NCBI GenBank assembly: GCA_965235115.1
Contig: OZ249441.1
Span: 6,386,001 to 6,450,000 of the forward strand
Direction: 5' to 3'
DNA length: 64,000 nucleotides
DNA from: Laetmonice hystrix
Lineage: Eukaryota
Each line of letters starts with the position of its first letter. Positions within the stretch are counted from its first letter, which is position 1. The position numbers and the translations under genes were made by a program. The notes under the pieces are model-generated. The model was given only the letters and a program-made list of their open reading frames with translations. It was not told where the DNA came from and did no database searches. Of the stretch, positions 26,210 through 38,312 are shown piece after piece.

Positions 26210-26345
26210 TTTTTGGATATCAAGGTGGTCAGTTACTGTTGGAGGAAACAGGAGAATCCCTGGGAAAACTACCGAGCTCACAGCAGGTAACTGACACATC
26301 TTCTCACGTCTGGCTTGAGGGGGATTCAACCCCAGAGGTGAACTG
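26210..26345 (-). mobile_element. tRNA-derived SINE fragment with CORE-like central domain
   Basis: Minus strand reads GGGTTGAATCCC..GTGAGAAGATGTGTCAGTTACCTGC..GGTAGTTTTCCCAGGG..TTTCCTCCAAC..AACTGACCACC..GATAT, resembling the abundant molluscan SINE body (recall). Confidence 0.55.
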
Positions 26346-27174
26346 AATCCCCCCCCCCCCACCCCCACCAGGCGTAAAGTGTGTTACCATCCTGCAAGCG
26401 TACCTGCCTCCCCCCATCCAGGTCATGGTTTGTGAATCACTGCTACTCAGTACCATCCTCAGGCCAAGGTCTGAGGTCAAGTATTGACCTGTAAGCTGGA
26501 TCAAACTACGTAAGCTCTCTTAACGTTTTCTTTGATCTTTCTTTCAATGTCGCATTGAACCTTAATAAGAAACCAAAAGGCAATGTAAGTGTTGTCTTTT
26601 CGGAGAGGAAAAACAAACTTTAAAACTAAACCGCCACATTTTACCAAAAAGACACGTTAGACAGAAAAAAAGAATCAAAGGTGCTATAAACTACTTAACC
26701 ACGGACAACTAAGTACACTGATAGGGACGGGTAAGAAAAACGACTCAATTTACTTCAATTATTGTCAGTTGATGGGTGGAAAACTGGCACGCCAAGGCAA
26801 GAGATGGTAAAGTTACGCCTCATGGAACACTGAGTGAGGACGAGGGGAACGCCTCCTAAATAAATCCAAAGTTTTCTCGCGATTTCCCTGAAATATTTCC
26901 ATGCTAACCACGTCGGATTGACTGTAATCGAAAGTAAATTCCATCGTTTAACTCTAAAAGATAAGGAATTCCTATGTGAACGAAGGACTTGGCGGTGAAT
27001 GAGAGCGTGGAAGGTACTGCCGGTTGACAATGACAGTGTCTCCCCATCGTCACCCCCATACCCCCCCCCCCCCACCACCACCACCACCACCACCAACACC
27101 CTCCGCCCCGCCCCTAAAGACGAGACCCAAGGCTGTCACGATCCACCCTAAGTATCGGGTGATTATAAGGTACC

Positions 27175-27372
27175 ACTAGTCTGGTCAGTCACGTGGAGAC
27201 AGCTACCTTCACCTTACTATGAGACGTTAATCATTTAAACACATTACACATTAAAGTTCTACACTACACAACATGTAAACAGATACTAGTCTGGTCAGTC
27301 ACGTGGATACAGCTACCTTCACCTTACTATGAGACGTTAATCATTGAAATACATTACACATTATGTAAATAG
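27175..27372. repeat. 110-bp direct duplication
   Basis: ACTAGTCTGGTCAGTCACGTGGA..TACACATT at 27175 and 27285. Confidence 0.9.
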
Positions 27373-30300
27373 ATACGACTTCTCAATTATGTGTCAAACT
27401 GTAAGAGATATTTTAGGCTGTTAAATAATATAGGACAGGATTATGTGTATTCAACCTTTGGGTCTGGTTGTCAGAGTGAACCTATTATTACATGATCATC
27501 GGAAGGAGAACTCAGGACCTGGCAATCAAAGAGCCAACCAACCCTTCCATGTGAACATCATCTAATTTCCCATCGTGAAGGGGGTTAGAGGGGTCCATGG
27601 TTGGGTAACTTCCAACCACAATAACCCGCGACAGATAGAGAAATGCGAGTATAAATAATGGCAAACAAAGAGGAAAGAAAGGTAAAGAAACAAGTCGGGT
27701 GGTGACACCGGAGGGTGCTGATGGCATAGCTTTGGAATGTCTATATTTTAAGTTCATCCGTGGACAAAAGTAGTGATAAAACTATGGAAATAGTGATAAA
27801 ACTATTGGAAATAGTGATAAAACTGTCCATAGATGTAGAAACAGAAGGCGACTTATAATAAAGTTTCATATTTGAAACTCAATATCCGAAACAGGTACCT
27901 ATTCGCCGACTACGGTATTTGCTTCTGGTGCAGGACGAGCAGGCAGGCTACTGTAGTCGTTGCCTGTAGTGTGGCCTTTAAGGCCATGCCTCAGCGACCA
28001 ACGATCAACACAAGTATCCATCAGGCCCCTGTGGAAACAGTGCCCCTCGGAATCTGTGAGGACCCCAACTGGACGTCAGAGGACACCATGACCTTGGACC
28101 AAGTGATGATTACTTACACAGAGGTTGGGTCACGGGCTGTGATTACCCTGTCACTCAGCAATAACTCACTCTAACATACCGCTCAGTGGGAGAACGACAG
28201 GCAGATAGAGCTCACCAGACACCACTGACATCACCGTGAAACACGCCGGAGGTGTCCACTTGGAATGACGAACTTCAGTCTCTTCACAATTATGTAGGCG
28301 GTAAGAACAAAACAATACCTGAAATGCAGTGTATAAGAGCCGCTGCAACACTTTTCTTTCATAAACTGCAAATTTTGATATGAATTTTGTATTCGCCCGA
28401 ACGAAATGACATAACTGAAGGAACTAATAAAATGTCCCCCCCTTCAATGACAAGTGTCTTCTTTCCATGCTTCATCCATATCGAAAGCGTCACCAATTGT
28501 AGGTTGGTCTTTTTTCTTTAATCATTCACCGAAACTAGATCCCTATCGCCCATGTCATCTAAATGATGTACTAAAACATACCCGTGACAGGTTAGATAAT
28601 ATACGGTCGTCAACATAATACTGTAGCCTTCAACTGTTTCAATCTCCCGACCTTTAATAGCTTTTATTGCGCTTTGACGCCTTTTTGAATGGGTATCTAC
28701 GCAAACAATAACTCAGACGGCATCGTGTTTACAATATGTTTAAGGGCATCAACCTGTCGACCAGGACCCGACCTACTAACACAAAGGTAATACAAAATAC
28801 AATCCAAACTAAATCATGGATTATATCCCAACTAAAGTCATTTGATCTTAATCTCCCACACCTCTGGCCTCCACGCAGAATTTAGCTCATTAAGTTTAGT
28901 ACGTATTTACCGCCCCTGCCCCCTCCATCCGTGCCCAGGCAGGGATCAGGTTGACACCGCCGTGTATTTATCGGATGAGTTCGATTCCCTCTGCCCTGTA
29001 GGTGGCGCTAGTCCTGTCACTTTAATGAACCACTTTAAATCATCAACAAGACATTGGATACTCGGCTGGCCAGCTCGGCGGGGGGTCCCTGGGGCGTGCC
29101 CAGGTCAATGCTGCAGGCACCACGCTCGCAATGGGATCCACAGGGGATCCAGAGGGGCATCTGAGGCCACCCCTTACAATACCCTACCTATCAGGGGTAA
29201 CAACCCGCTCACCTGGCCTCTACAAGAACGGGCGGCTGTGTTTTCCCCGCAATACCTGTCAGTGATCAAAGGGACCCGGAAAATCTGACAAATTGGTGGA
29301 ATGTCCTCTCTATGGACATTAGCTGACAAACATGTTGACAAAATCCGTGTCCTCGACACGCGCCACTGACTCCCACTGCCAGGAATACTTTGATTGATAC
29401 CTTCAGCCGCCACACACCAAGGAAACTCGGGAACTACTTGGGTTGGTAAAGAACGTGTTTTTATAAACTTCCTACTCTGGCTGGCAACCGTAGTAAACTC
29501 GCCAGAATCAATAAGGGGAACTACGACAGTATGAAAAAGGACCCATTTCTAGGAATTCTGAATGCAGCTAAAATGGCAGTACAATGTGAGACTCGAAGGA
29601 TAAATAGATACCTAAATGTATGCCCAAATCTAGAAGCAAAATCTAAATCCTATAAAAAAATACTTTAATATACAGCACAAACATGTCTTTCCTTGATATT
29701 ACCAGGTCCGACTGCCCATCAGAGTGGACCAACTCGAGCTGGCCATCAACACTAAGATGATCTACTTGGCATTCATACACTATGTCAGACACGTCAAGTA
29801 TAAAAACCCGAACGTCTAACAAGAAAAGAACATCCTTTGATTTCACACAATAGTTCCATCGTCACCTTACTCGGAATCCTTGTGTAACATCCTTAGATTT
29901 CACACAATAGTTCCACCGAGACCGGAAGATGTTTGTCACCTTACCCGGCATCCTCCTGGCCACCCGCTGCACCCCTTCCGCTCTCCCCAACATACAGACA
30001 GATCTACGTATCCCCACAAACAATTCCATACAAACCCCGTCTGTGAGGGTGTCTCTACACCCCCATGGGATATCTCACGTGCCCTGACCATGTCTCAGTG
30101 GTCACACTGATTTCATTTAAAGAAACCAGCGCAAAAATATGAATAATACTCCTTTTCGTTGGAGTGAATTATGACATAGACGTTCCGTCCAACAATGACA
30201 CCTCGTCCACTCAGATTTTATACCACAATGAACGTAACAAAGTAACACTACACCAATGTGACTGTAAGCAAGTGAATGCTACAACATCTTAGGGAAGCAA

Positions 30301-30433
30301 ATTTCTCCATAGCTTCCGGTAACCAATCATTAGAAAGCGACCATTTCTTGAAGATGAAATTATTTTTTGATCAGGCGATAGATTTGAATGTTTACTTTCC
30401 GTCTATACCTAATCAAAGCGCATCCTGACACAG

Positions 30434-30507
30434 TCCACCAACGTCGCCTATGGCTACCGGAGCGCCCCCTACTGGGCACGCCTCTGGTCGGCGATGATTG
30501 ACGTTCG
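30434..30507 (+). CDS. Putative internal exon (STNVAYGYRSAPYWARLWSAMIDV-R)
   Basis: CATCCTGACACAG| acceptor and CG|GTAAGA donor; only one frame open; GC3-rich. Confidence 0.4.
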
Positions 30508-31823
30508 GTAAGATGTCGGCGCGTGACTCGGGAGACGCCGACCACTGCTGTGACCTCAGTTAGGTCAACTATTCTACTACTGGACCACGTGCTGGTGTTG
30601 TCAGGTAGAGGGCGGTGTGATAACACCTGATTGTACCCAGGAGGTGTTAGGTGGGGTGGGGGACTTCAGGCCACAGCTTGTCCTCCTCAGGTTCCTATGA
30701 CAGAGTACCCTCTGCTACACCTCAGACCCATGTCCTACCATCAAAACAACACTCATAACTTTCTCAGACACTAGTATTGGACGTTTTTCTCATAGTTCAT
30801 GTACATCTTCTTCCGATAATAAACTATGCCCTTCCAGTCATGGCATTTACTTATTTATTTGTTCGTTTATTCATTTCTGGTGAAATGGACCGAAATAAAA
30901 TGGTTCAAGATTATCAACACTGCATCCATGAAACGGAGTCATTGCATGCATTTACGAACTTCAAGAAAGCTAACAATTAAAGTTTGAAACTGTATCTGGT
31001 GTGGGCATCATTGGTATCAAATTATAACGATCGTCACATTGTTCAATTGACAACATAAGTTTATTCACGGACCTTTCGTCCTGTACATTGATTTATCTAC
31101 ATTCTCTACATTGATCTCTCTGTGGAAATAAACAAACAAACAAATAACCAGACAAACAAAACAAAATGGTTGTACGCTAACAAGTTCACTGTCTACTCTA
31201 AGATCTGCAATACCGCTAGAGAGTGATTGATGTTGGTGTTTGAGAGTCCCTTAGCACCTCCTGAGTGCAAGGTACACGCCAGCTAGAGTATCATACATCA
31301 AAACAATCTGAACTACATTGCCTCCGAATATACGATGACGAAACCTGCCCATTGATATAATTATTGGCCGTGAATGCGTGCCTTGTCTACCCTACCTGGT
31401 CAGGTAACCTCTGACCTAGATCGGCGACACCTCCTGATAATATACTCCCAGGTACCTCCAGATTAGTTCATCTTTGAACTACTCGTGGAAACTTATGACT
31501 ACCTTCGACTTATGTATAAAAAGATTCAGTAGGCTTTCAATCGTGTGACCAGGAAAACTGGGTGAAGTGGCCCTCTACTACAAGTATAATATTGAAGTTT
31601 CTGCGTCCTATCTTTTGTAGGCAATCACCATCCCATCTGTTGATGGTCCTATCTGGCCACCAGACAGGTGGCCAGCTTGGGGTTATTCCCCGTGGTAAAA
31701 TTCCCCGAACCTATAGGGGTTAGGAGCAGGGGTTAGGGGCAGGGGTACGGGCAGGGGCACGGGTAGGGGTTAGGGGTAGGAATACGTTTTGATTAGGAGG
31801 TAGACCTGTGGACCGGATGTTCA

Positions 31824-32152
31824 TTTTGTAGGTGTTAGGAATAGGTCTGGGACAAGGAATAGAGTTTTGTAGGTGTTAGGATTAGGTCTGGGACAAGGAA
31901 TAGAGTTTTGTAGGTGTTAGGATTAGGTCTGGGACAAGGAATAGAGTTTTGTAGGTGTTAGGAATAGGTCTGGGACAAGGAATAGAGTTTTGTAGGTGTT
32001 AGGATTAGGTCTGGGACAAGGAATAGAGTTTTGTAGGTGTTAGGATTAGGTCTGGGACAAGGAATAGAGTTTTGTAGGTGTTAGGATTAGGTCTGGGACA
32101 AGGAATAGAGTTTTGTAGGTGTTAGGATTAGGTCTGGGTCAAGGAATAGAGT
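31824..32152. repeat. 41-bp minisatellite, about 8 copies, next to a telomere-like GGGTTA tract
   Basis: TTTTGTAGGTGTTAGGA(T/A)TAGGTCTGGGACAAGGAATAGAG. Confidence 0.95.
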
Positions 32153-32176
32153 TCTATATTTAGTATGTACCATCAG

Positions 32177-32217
32177 ATTTCGTGAAGATGTTACCTTGGG
32201 CGATCTACCACCAACAG
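32177..32217 (+). CDS. Putative 41-nt internal exon (FREDVTLGDLPPT if joined to 30434-30507)
   Basis: CCATCAG| acceptor and CAG|GTAAGT donor; phase-compatible with the 30.4-kb exon. Confidence 0.4.
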
Positions 32218-35200
32218 GTAAGTTAAGATCGACGGTATAAAGGTTTCAATCATGATATTTTCTATACATCCAACGTGAGGCCAGGTCAGTTACACAGGTG
32301 CTTTCTCGTTCCCCAAGTAAATAATTCTAATTAAAATATTTAATTTGACAAAATTACTTTTCTCTTTAAAAGGGCATGTTTACTTTTAAGATAATAAAGT
32401 GATCCATTAGTTGGTAAAGCAGTCACCGTACGCCACCAATTACCAGCTTTTCCCACCAGTTCAACCCCAGGAACTGCCACCATGTTCAACCCCAGGACCT
32501 GCCACCATATACCCCTCTAGAAACCCTGTAATACCCAGCCCTCAACCCCTACTCCCACAATTATCACTTCATCTCACTTAGAATAAATCACTTGCCAGCA
32601 CATCTCTCACAGGCTTACTTACAAGTGTTATTCATGGGGTGACACTACATAACCGTACAAACAGGACCAAAGTTTCTCCCCGAGCACTAGATACCTCAGA
32701 ATTAAGGCACACCTCAACTGGAAATGTCCACCAGTTACATCCAAACCACCCCGCCACACATGTAACATTGTGTGGGACCTCTTCAACCGGCGGTGACATG
32801 AGTACATATACACTGGTGGTAAATACCCAGGGTGGATCCCATTCACCAGGGGTTGAATGGGGGACTTCAAGGACAGGTAATGCCTTGAGGATCCTCCTTC
32901 TCATCATTAAAGGATACCCCCCTCCATGCAACACCTCCCATGAACAGGGTACCTGCCAGGTTGGGGTACCTTTATCTCATATTTACATGACACCTATATG
33001 TAATATATAAAACCAAAAAAAAGGATACCGTACTTTTATCGCCCCCCCCCCCCTCCCTTGAAAGAGTTACAACGATGTCATCCTTGGCCAGGTTGACTTG
33101 CTGGGACTCCGGACAGAAATAGACCGTTTTTAGGGGTCACGCACGTAGTATGCCCCCAGGTCCTACAAGAGTTCCTAATTGAAAGGAGCCCATATACCAT
33201 GTGTTCAACCAAGGCACCACTATCTGTCCGTGGCCTTTAAGTGAAGGTAACGTTTAGGGACTAGTGAATCTGTGAGCTTGCCAGGGACTGGGTTATGTAA
33301 GGAGAGAGAGCAACAAGTATAGAGGTATGGCCCTGGATACCTGTGTGACGGGGTGTGGGGGGAGGGGTTGAGGTGGAGGGTGGTGGTACGACCAGCCCGC
33401 CAGTGTGTGCCTACCGGCCCGGTCAGCCGTAGGGCCGGTCATTACTGTACGTAAAGGTTGATGACAGCCGGACTGTCTTGAGTCCTCAGGGCCATCTCAA
33501 CACTCACTTATCTACGTCTGTCGCTCTCTACAACTGCACCTCTCAAATATGTAGACGCTCTCGATGTAAGCTGTAATATATATGGTCGCAATGGCATAGA
33601 GGTGAGCCTCTTGAGAGTAAACTCTGTCGCAATCTTGAAATATTGCCCTATATGTTGATCTCAATGATCAATGTCGTACCATGAAGCTAACGGTATTCAT
33701 CTAATACATGTATTATATACATTTTATTTTATATGATATTTAACGGGCATCTCTGGCCCGGCAGATGTTTGCAGAAGGCGGGTTCCCAACTTGGTAAAAT
33801 CCAATGTGTGGGATTCTCTGTCCATATCGGTGTGTGATACCAAGGGTTCAGGATGCGCAGGGTCGACCTGTGCAACCTTTGAGGTAGGAGTCGGTGCCTC
33901 AGGTATGGTACACCGCCTGACACCTGTCCACCCTGTGGCTTGTTCATTACAGGTATCCAGGGACCGCTGCCTTACAACCTCTGTGTCGCCTAGCCTTATC
34001 ACACCTTCTGTAGACACCTACAACTTCACTATGTGCACACAGCCCTAGGCTTCGTACTATTCCCGCAGATACTACAACTTCAGACAGTCTACTCTTCACT
34101 TTACTCGTCTATGTGCGGAGATACCAAGCCGACCCTTGTTCCCTTAAGTGGAAAGGGCCACAGCGTTGAACTCATAAATCCTGGCCTGGAAATCTGCCAG
34201 CAAGTTAAAGATGGCCCGGGTTCATTTATATCATTTCTATACCTTCATCCTCAGGTTTTTTTTTAAAACACCCGTCAAGATTTCCAGGATGTCGCCTTTT
34301 CGGGAGGAGGGGAGTTAAACACTTTGGGAGTAACTGATTTTTGAGGAGGAATCTGTCATCAAAAACGAGACCTAGGCTACAGGAAACCCAGCTCATAGTT
34401 AAAATACATTGACAGATCTCCAAATCGTTGGTGATATTGTAAATAAATGTTGCATACGACGCCCCAGATATTTGAGTTCCGTGCCACACTTTAGTTTGTC
34501 GTGATTCCAGAGGCCAGCGATTCGTGCACGATACCGTGAACCCCCAAATACCCCTCCAGCTCTTCCTCTTTCACACCTACAACGTTCTTTTAGTCTGACA
34601 ATTACCCCATTACAGTAAGCAGGATCACCGTCTCCTATTACCCCAGGTGTCAACCCCCCACCCGTCCCCCGCCCCACTTGGCTGTGACCCCAGCGGGCAC
34701 GTTATCCCCATCCTCTTTGATCACACATACCTGTATCAGGGTAAGTTCTGACCCAGATATAGGGCCATACACCACCACCCGGACAATGTACCCCACAACC
34801 TGATCTACCGCAAAGATTGCACGTACAGCTTATTCTGCGCTGCTTGGCTGCTACAATATAATAGGCTTCCACTTCACATTATCTGTTAAAACCAATCACA
34901 ATTTCCAGAATGACACAGTGACACCATTTTGTGACCTTCAATGTGACCTTCAATGTGATCTCATAGTTCCGAGTAGTCGTCAGTCCACAGGGACAAGGTG
35001 ATCACGTGACTGGTGACGGACAGGGTACAGCGCCACCTAGTGATGCGCTGTGTATTGTCCGAAGTTACTTTGATCCTGGCTGAAGGTGTCATGATGTTCA
35101 ATGGAATCAGACAACACTGTGACTTCTATCACCGTAACGTCCATACCGCTACTACGGTAGATTTGGGAGTGGGTTGGTTGGATTCATATATCATACCTGG

Positions 35201-37208
35201 ATGTTTATGTATACAAATTAAAATGCCATTTTAACAATTTTACTCCAACTTCCAAGACAGGCGCCCGATCCGCGGCGAGATCTAACGGATCCCTTTCAAT
35301 CACCTGTCCCCGCCGACTCCTAACCAACCCTGGTTGTCCTCTGAGGGACGCTAACAACGAACCTGTGGCGGTGGGGAGACCACCTCTCCAGGTGTTCCTG
35401 ACGTATAAAACAACCAATTATAGTGGGACATCTGGACTTGGATCGGGTCACAGAGGCGCAAACTTCGGACAGATGTTACACGTGAAAACGTTTTCCTGAA
35501 GGGAAGTATGGGTACAGATGGGTGCCGTATTTTTTCCCTGGACTCTAACTTGCATGTCTAAGGTCTTTATTTGGGTTCCATTAGTCTTTCAGTTGATTCC
35601 TAAGGTAGTTAACCTAACGTAACGTAGACCAACATGTATTAGAGCCATCTTTCATCAACTTTACACGTAAGGAGTGCAAAGAGTCAGAACTTTAAGAATA
35701 TTTTACCACCCTGTATCATACAGCAATAGGTCCGCCAAGATTTTCTACGTCGTTTGAAATCTCACCAGTTGACAGTTCTGAGATTACGACCATTCGAAAA
35801 GACGTAACATTTCTTCACAAAGCACCAATCAGCATCAATCGGTACTCATGTGCTGTCGGTGACACCAGCTGGGGTTATTAACGTCACCAGCACGTCTCAA
35901 CTGTCGTATTACACCAGCCCCGTACGATCCGTCACCGGAGGCCAGGACCCTGACAGTACCATTCAAATGGCTGACTTCACATGCCATCATTACAATGGGT
36001 CATAAAACTACGCCATATTTTGACAACCCCTGCCAGCGAACTGCAAAATAACTTTTTTTGCCGTTTTCAGCGTAATGGAAAAGCACAGAGAAATATCACA
36101 TTTCGCTAAAAATAGCTCAAGTGATTGTAAGGGCGACCTCTTTGGGCGTCCATCATCACACAATTATATATTCTATTGTCTATGATAATTAGAGAAATAA
36201 ATTTACAGATACCCCCCACAGGTTTTGTCATTGTCTCTGCCAGTGTCTGAACCCCTCCCAGCGCAGACGACACAAGAGTTAACGCTGTTTCTGATGGAAT
36301 GCCCAGGCCATACTCTGGTTGAATGGGGGTAACTTTGGAACCCTCTATTGCCAACTACCCCACTCCTTCCTGTTTTGGTGTCCGTCTTGACATTATGTTG
36401 TTTCTGTGCCAACAGCCGTCGACAACACCTCTCCGTTTAGCAGACGGTTCCGGCCGACAGACCATCAATGGAAGCCGGGGGTCCAGAACCACCACCATCA
36501 CTCACAACCGGACCGACCGTATCTTAACTCTCACCGCCAGGGGGCGCCCGAGGGCTGGGGCTCTGGATCCGCGGGGCTTCATACGGCTTTCTCATCCAAA
36601 CATAAGATTTCCAAACCTATACCCAAGCCACACCTTTCCTCTGCTCATCTGACCTAAAAACTCAAACCCATCACAAAAACCCCAGGGAAGAATGGCATCA
36701 CCTCTCTGATGGAGATCCCACACTGAATTTTAAACAGGTGCTCTTTGGACGGCATTCCTCGCGAGGTATAGGTAATAAAAACCTCACAAAGCACTGGGCT
36801 GGGACATTGAATTAAAGAGGTCGATGATGGCAATCTGTCAGATCTGGCCATACCCCCTGATGACTCTTAGTCCACCTATCACTTACCGATATATGTATGT
36901 ATCTTTGCGATGTATCGCCCGTACACTGAAGTGTGACCAGTTGGATAGAAAGGCTGGATATCCCAATAATAGAGATCATTTCATTCAAAGGTCATTAAAA
37001 AATTAGATGTGACTATTTATAGATAACTAACTGCTAACCCTCACAATACAATATATCCCAAAGACGGCCCTAAATAGTAGAGCAAGTAAATTTGCTAGCA
37101 AGTGCTAGCAGGAGACATTGATAGCGCTCAGAGTTTTTGTGAGAGATTGTCCCTGCATCTGCATGCAATAGAAGACAATCCAGCAGCACCGTTATACCTA
37201 GACACCAG

Positions 37209-37348
37209 GGCCCACTTTAAAAAATTCTCAACTTAAGTAAAGCTTACTTAAGTAAACAAACAGGCTTCTGATTGGTTGGCCTAAGCAAACAAACCAATCA
37301 GAAGCCTGTGTGTAACTTAGCTTTACTCAAGTTGAGAATTTCTGGGCC
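37209..37348. mobile_element. Palindromic PIF/Harbinger-like MITE, 140 bp
   Basis: TIR GGCCCA/TGGGCC, CAG duplicated on both flanks; nested inverted repeats AATTCTCAACTT..AAAGCT / AGCTTT..AAGTTGAGAATT and GGCTTCTGATTGGTT / AACCAATCAGAAGCC. Confidence 0.75.
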
Positions 37349-38149
37349 CAGAACTAGGCACCCATAATATGATACAGTCAATTAATACACTTGACTTGTC
37401 CCTGCGTATAGTTGGACACTAAGAGGGGTTTTTCATTTTCTGATTCATTAATCAGATCCAACCTCGTTCATATCAGTGACACCAACTTCAGAAAGCCAAA
37501 CCCTGATTCATGTTGGGACGCCATGCCCTTTGTAGTTCACCATGGACACCAGGTTAGGGGGAGGGGGAGGGTCCCTCCGTGCTAGGGGCCGTGCCCCCCC
37601 CCCCTCCACCATGCGACTTTTCTTATGATTTTGTCGAAATCCGCTCTTAAATGACAAAATCCACTTGGCAATATTTGCTTTAGAACTATCACGTTTAAAT
37701 TCTTAAACAGTGTTCCATCACTTAAACCGCGAGTCGCAGGCAAATAACAGAGCAACATGGCAGTGTGGATCCTGTATTTGCAGTGATGAGAATGAGGTGA
37801 AAGACATCAGGTCCACGGTCAAAGGCTTTCATGTCAGACCTCTTAAGGTGAGTCACTGAGTCGTGAGTTAAATGAACTCATGACTGTGAGCAGGGAGTCG
37901 GGAGTTTCTGTTGCGTGCAGGTCGAGTTGTTGGCAGGTTTTGTTGTCTGCAGGTCAGCGGCAGTCAGCTGTGTGAAAGGTCCACTGCTGAACCTTATCGA
38001 CCAGGAGAGATCACTCAGGGATACGGTGAGGCGGAAAAATGCGGTCATTCCCGGATGGTAACTTTGTCATGAAATTCACGGTAGCGGTTAGGGCAAGGGC
38101 AGGGCTAGGGCTCGGGATTTATAAGTTTCTTTGGGAGGTTTCCTCACCA

Positions 38150-38312
38150 CAAAACTTTATGGAAATGGTACCATGTCCTAACCACCAAACTTCATGAAAA
38201 TGGCACCATGTTCTAACCACCAAACTTCATGGAAACGGTACCATGTTCTAGCCACCAAACTTCATGAAAATGGTACCATGTTCTAACCACCAAATTCAAG
38301 GAAATGGTATAA
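38150..38312. repeat. 35-bp minisatellite, about 4.5 copies
   Basis: G(G/A)AAATGGTACCATGTTCTAACCACCAAACTTCAT. Confidence 0.9.

Noticed and set aside
25624-26294. 185- and 205-aa ORFs
   Set aside because: Both are translations of the 45-bp repeat, begin at non-ATG codons and have no unique domain.
28960-29000. tRNA gene around GTTCGATTCC
   Set aside because: B-box only; I could not build a cloverleaf or find an A-box.
36323-36657. Plus-strand terminal exon candidate after TTTCTGTGCCAACAG
   Set aside because: Two frames are equally open, there is no homology cue and no linked upstream exon; too weak to call.
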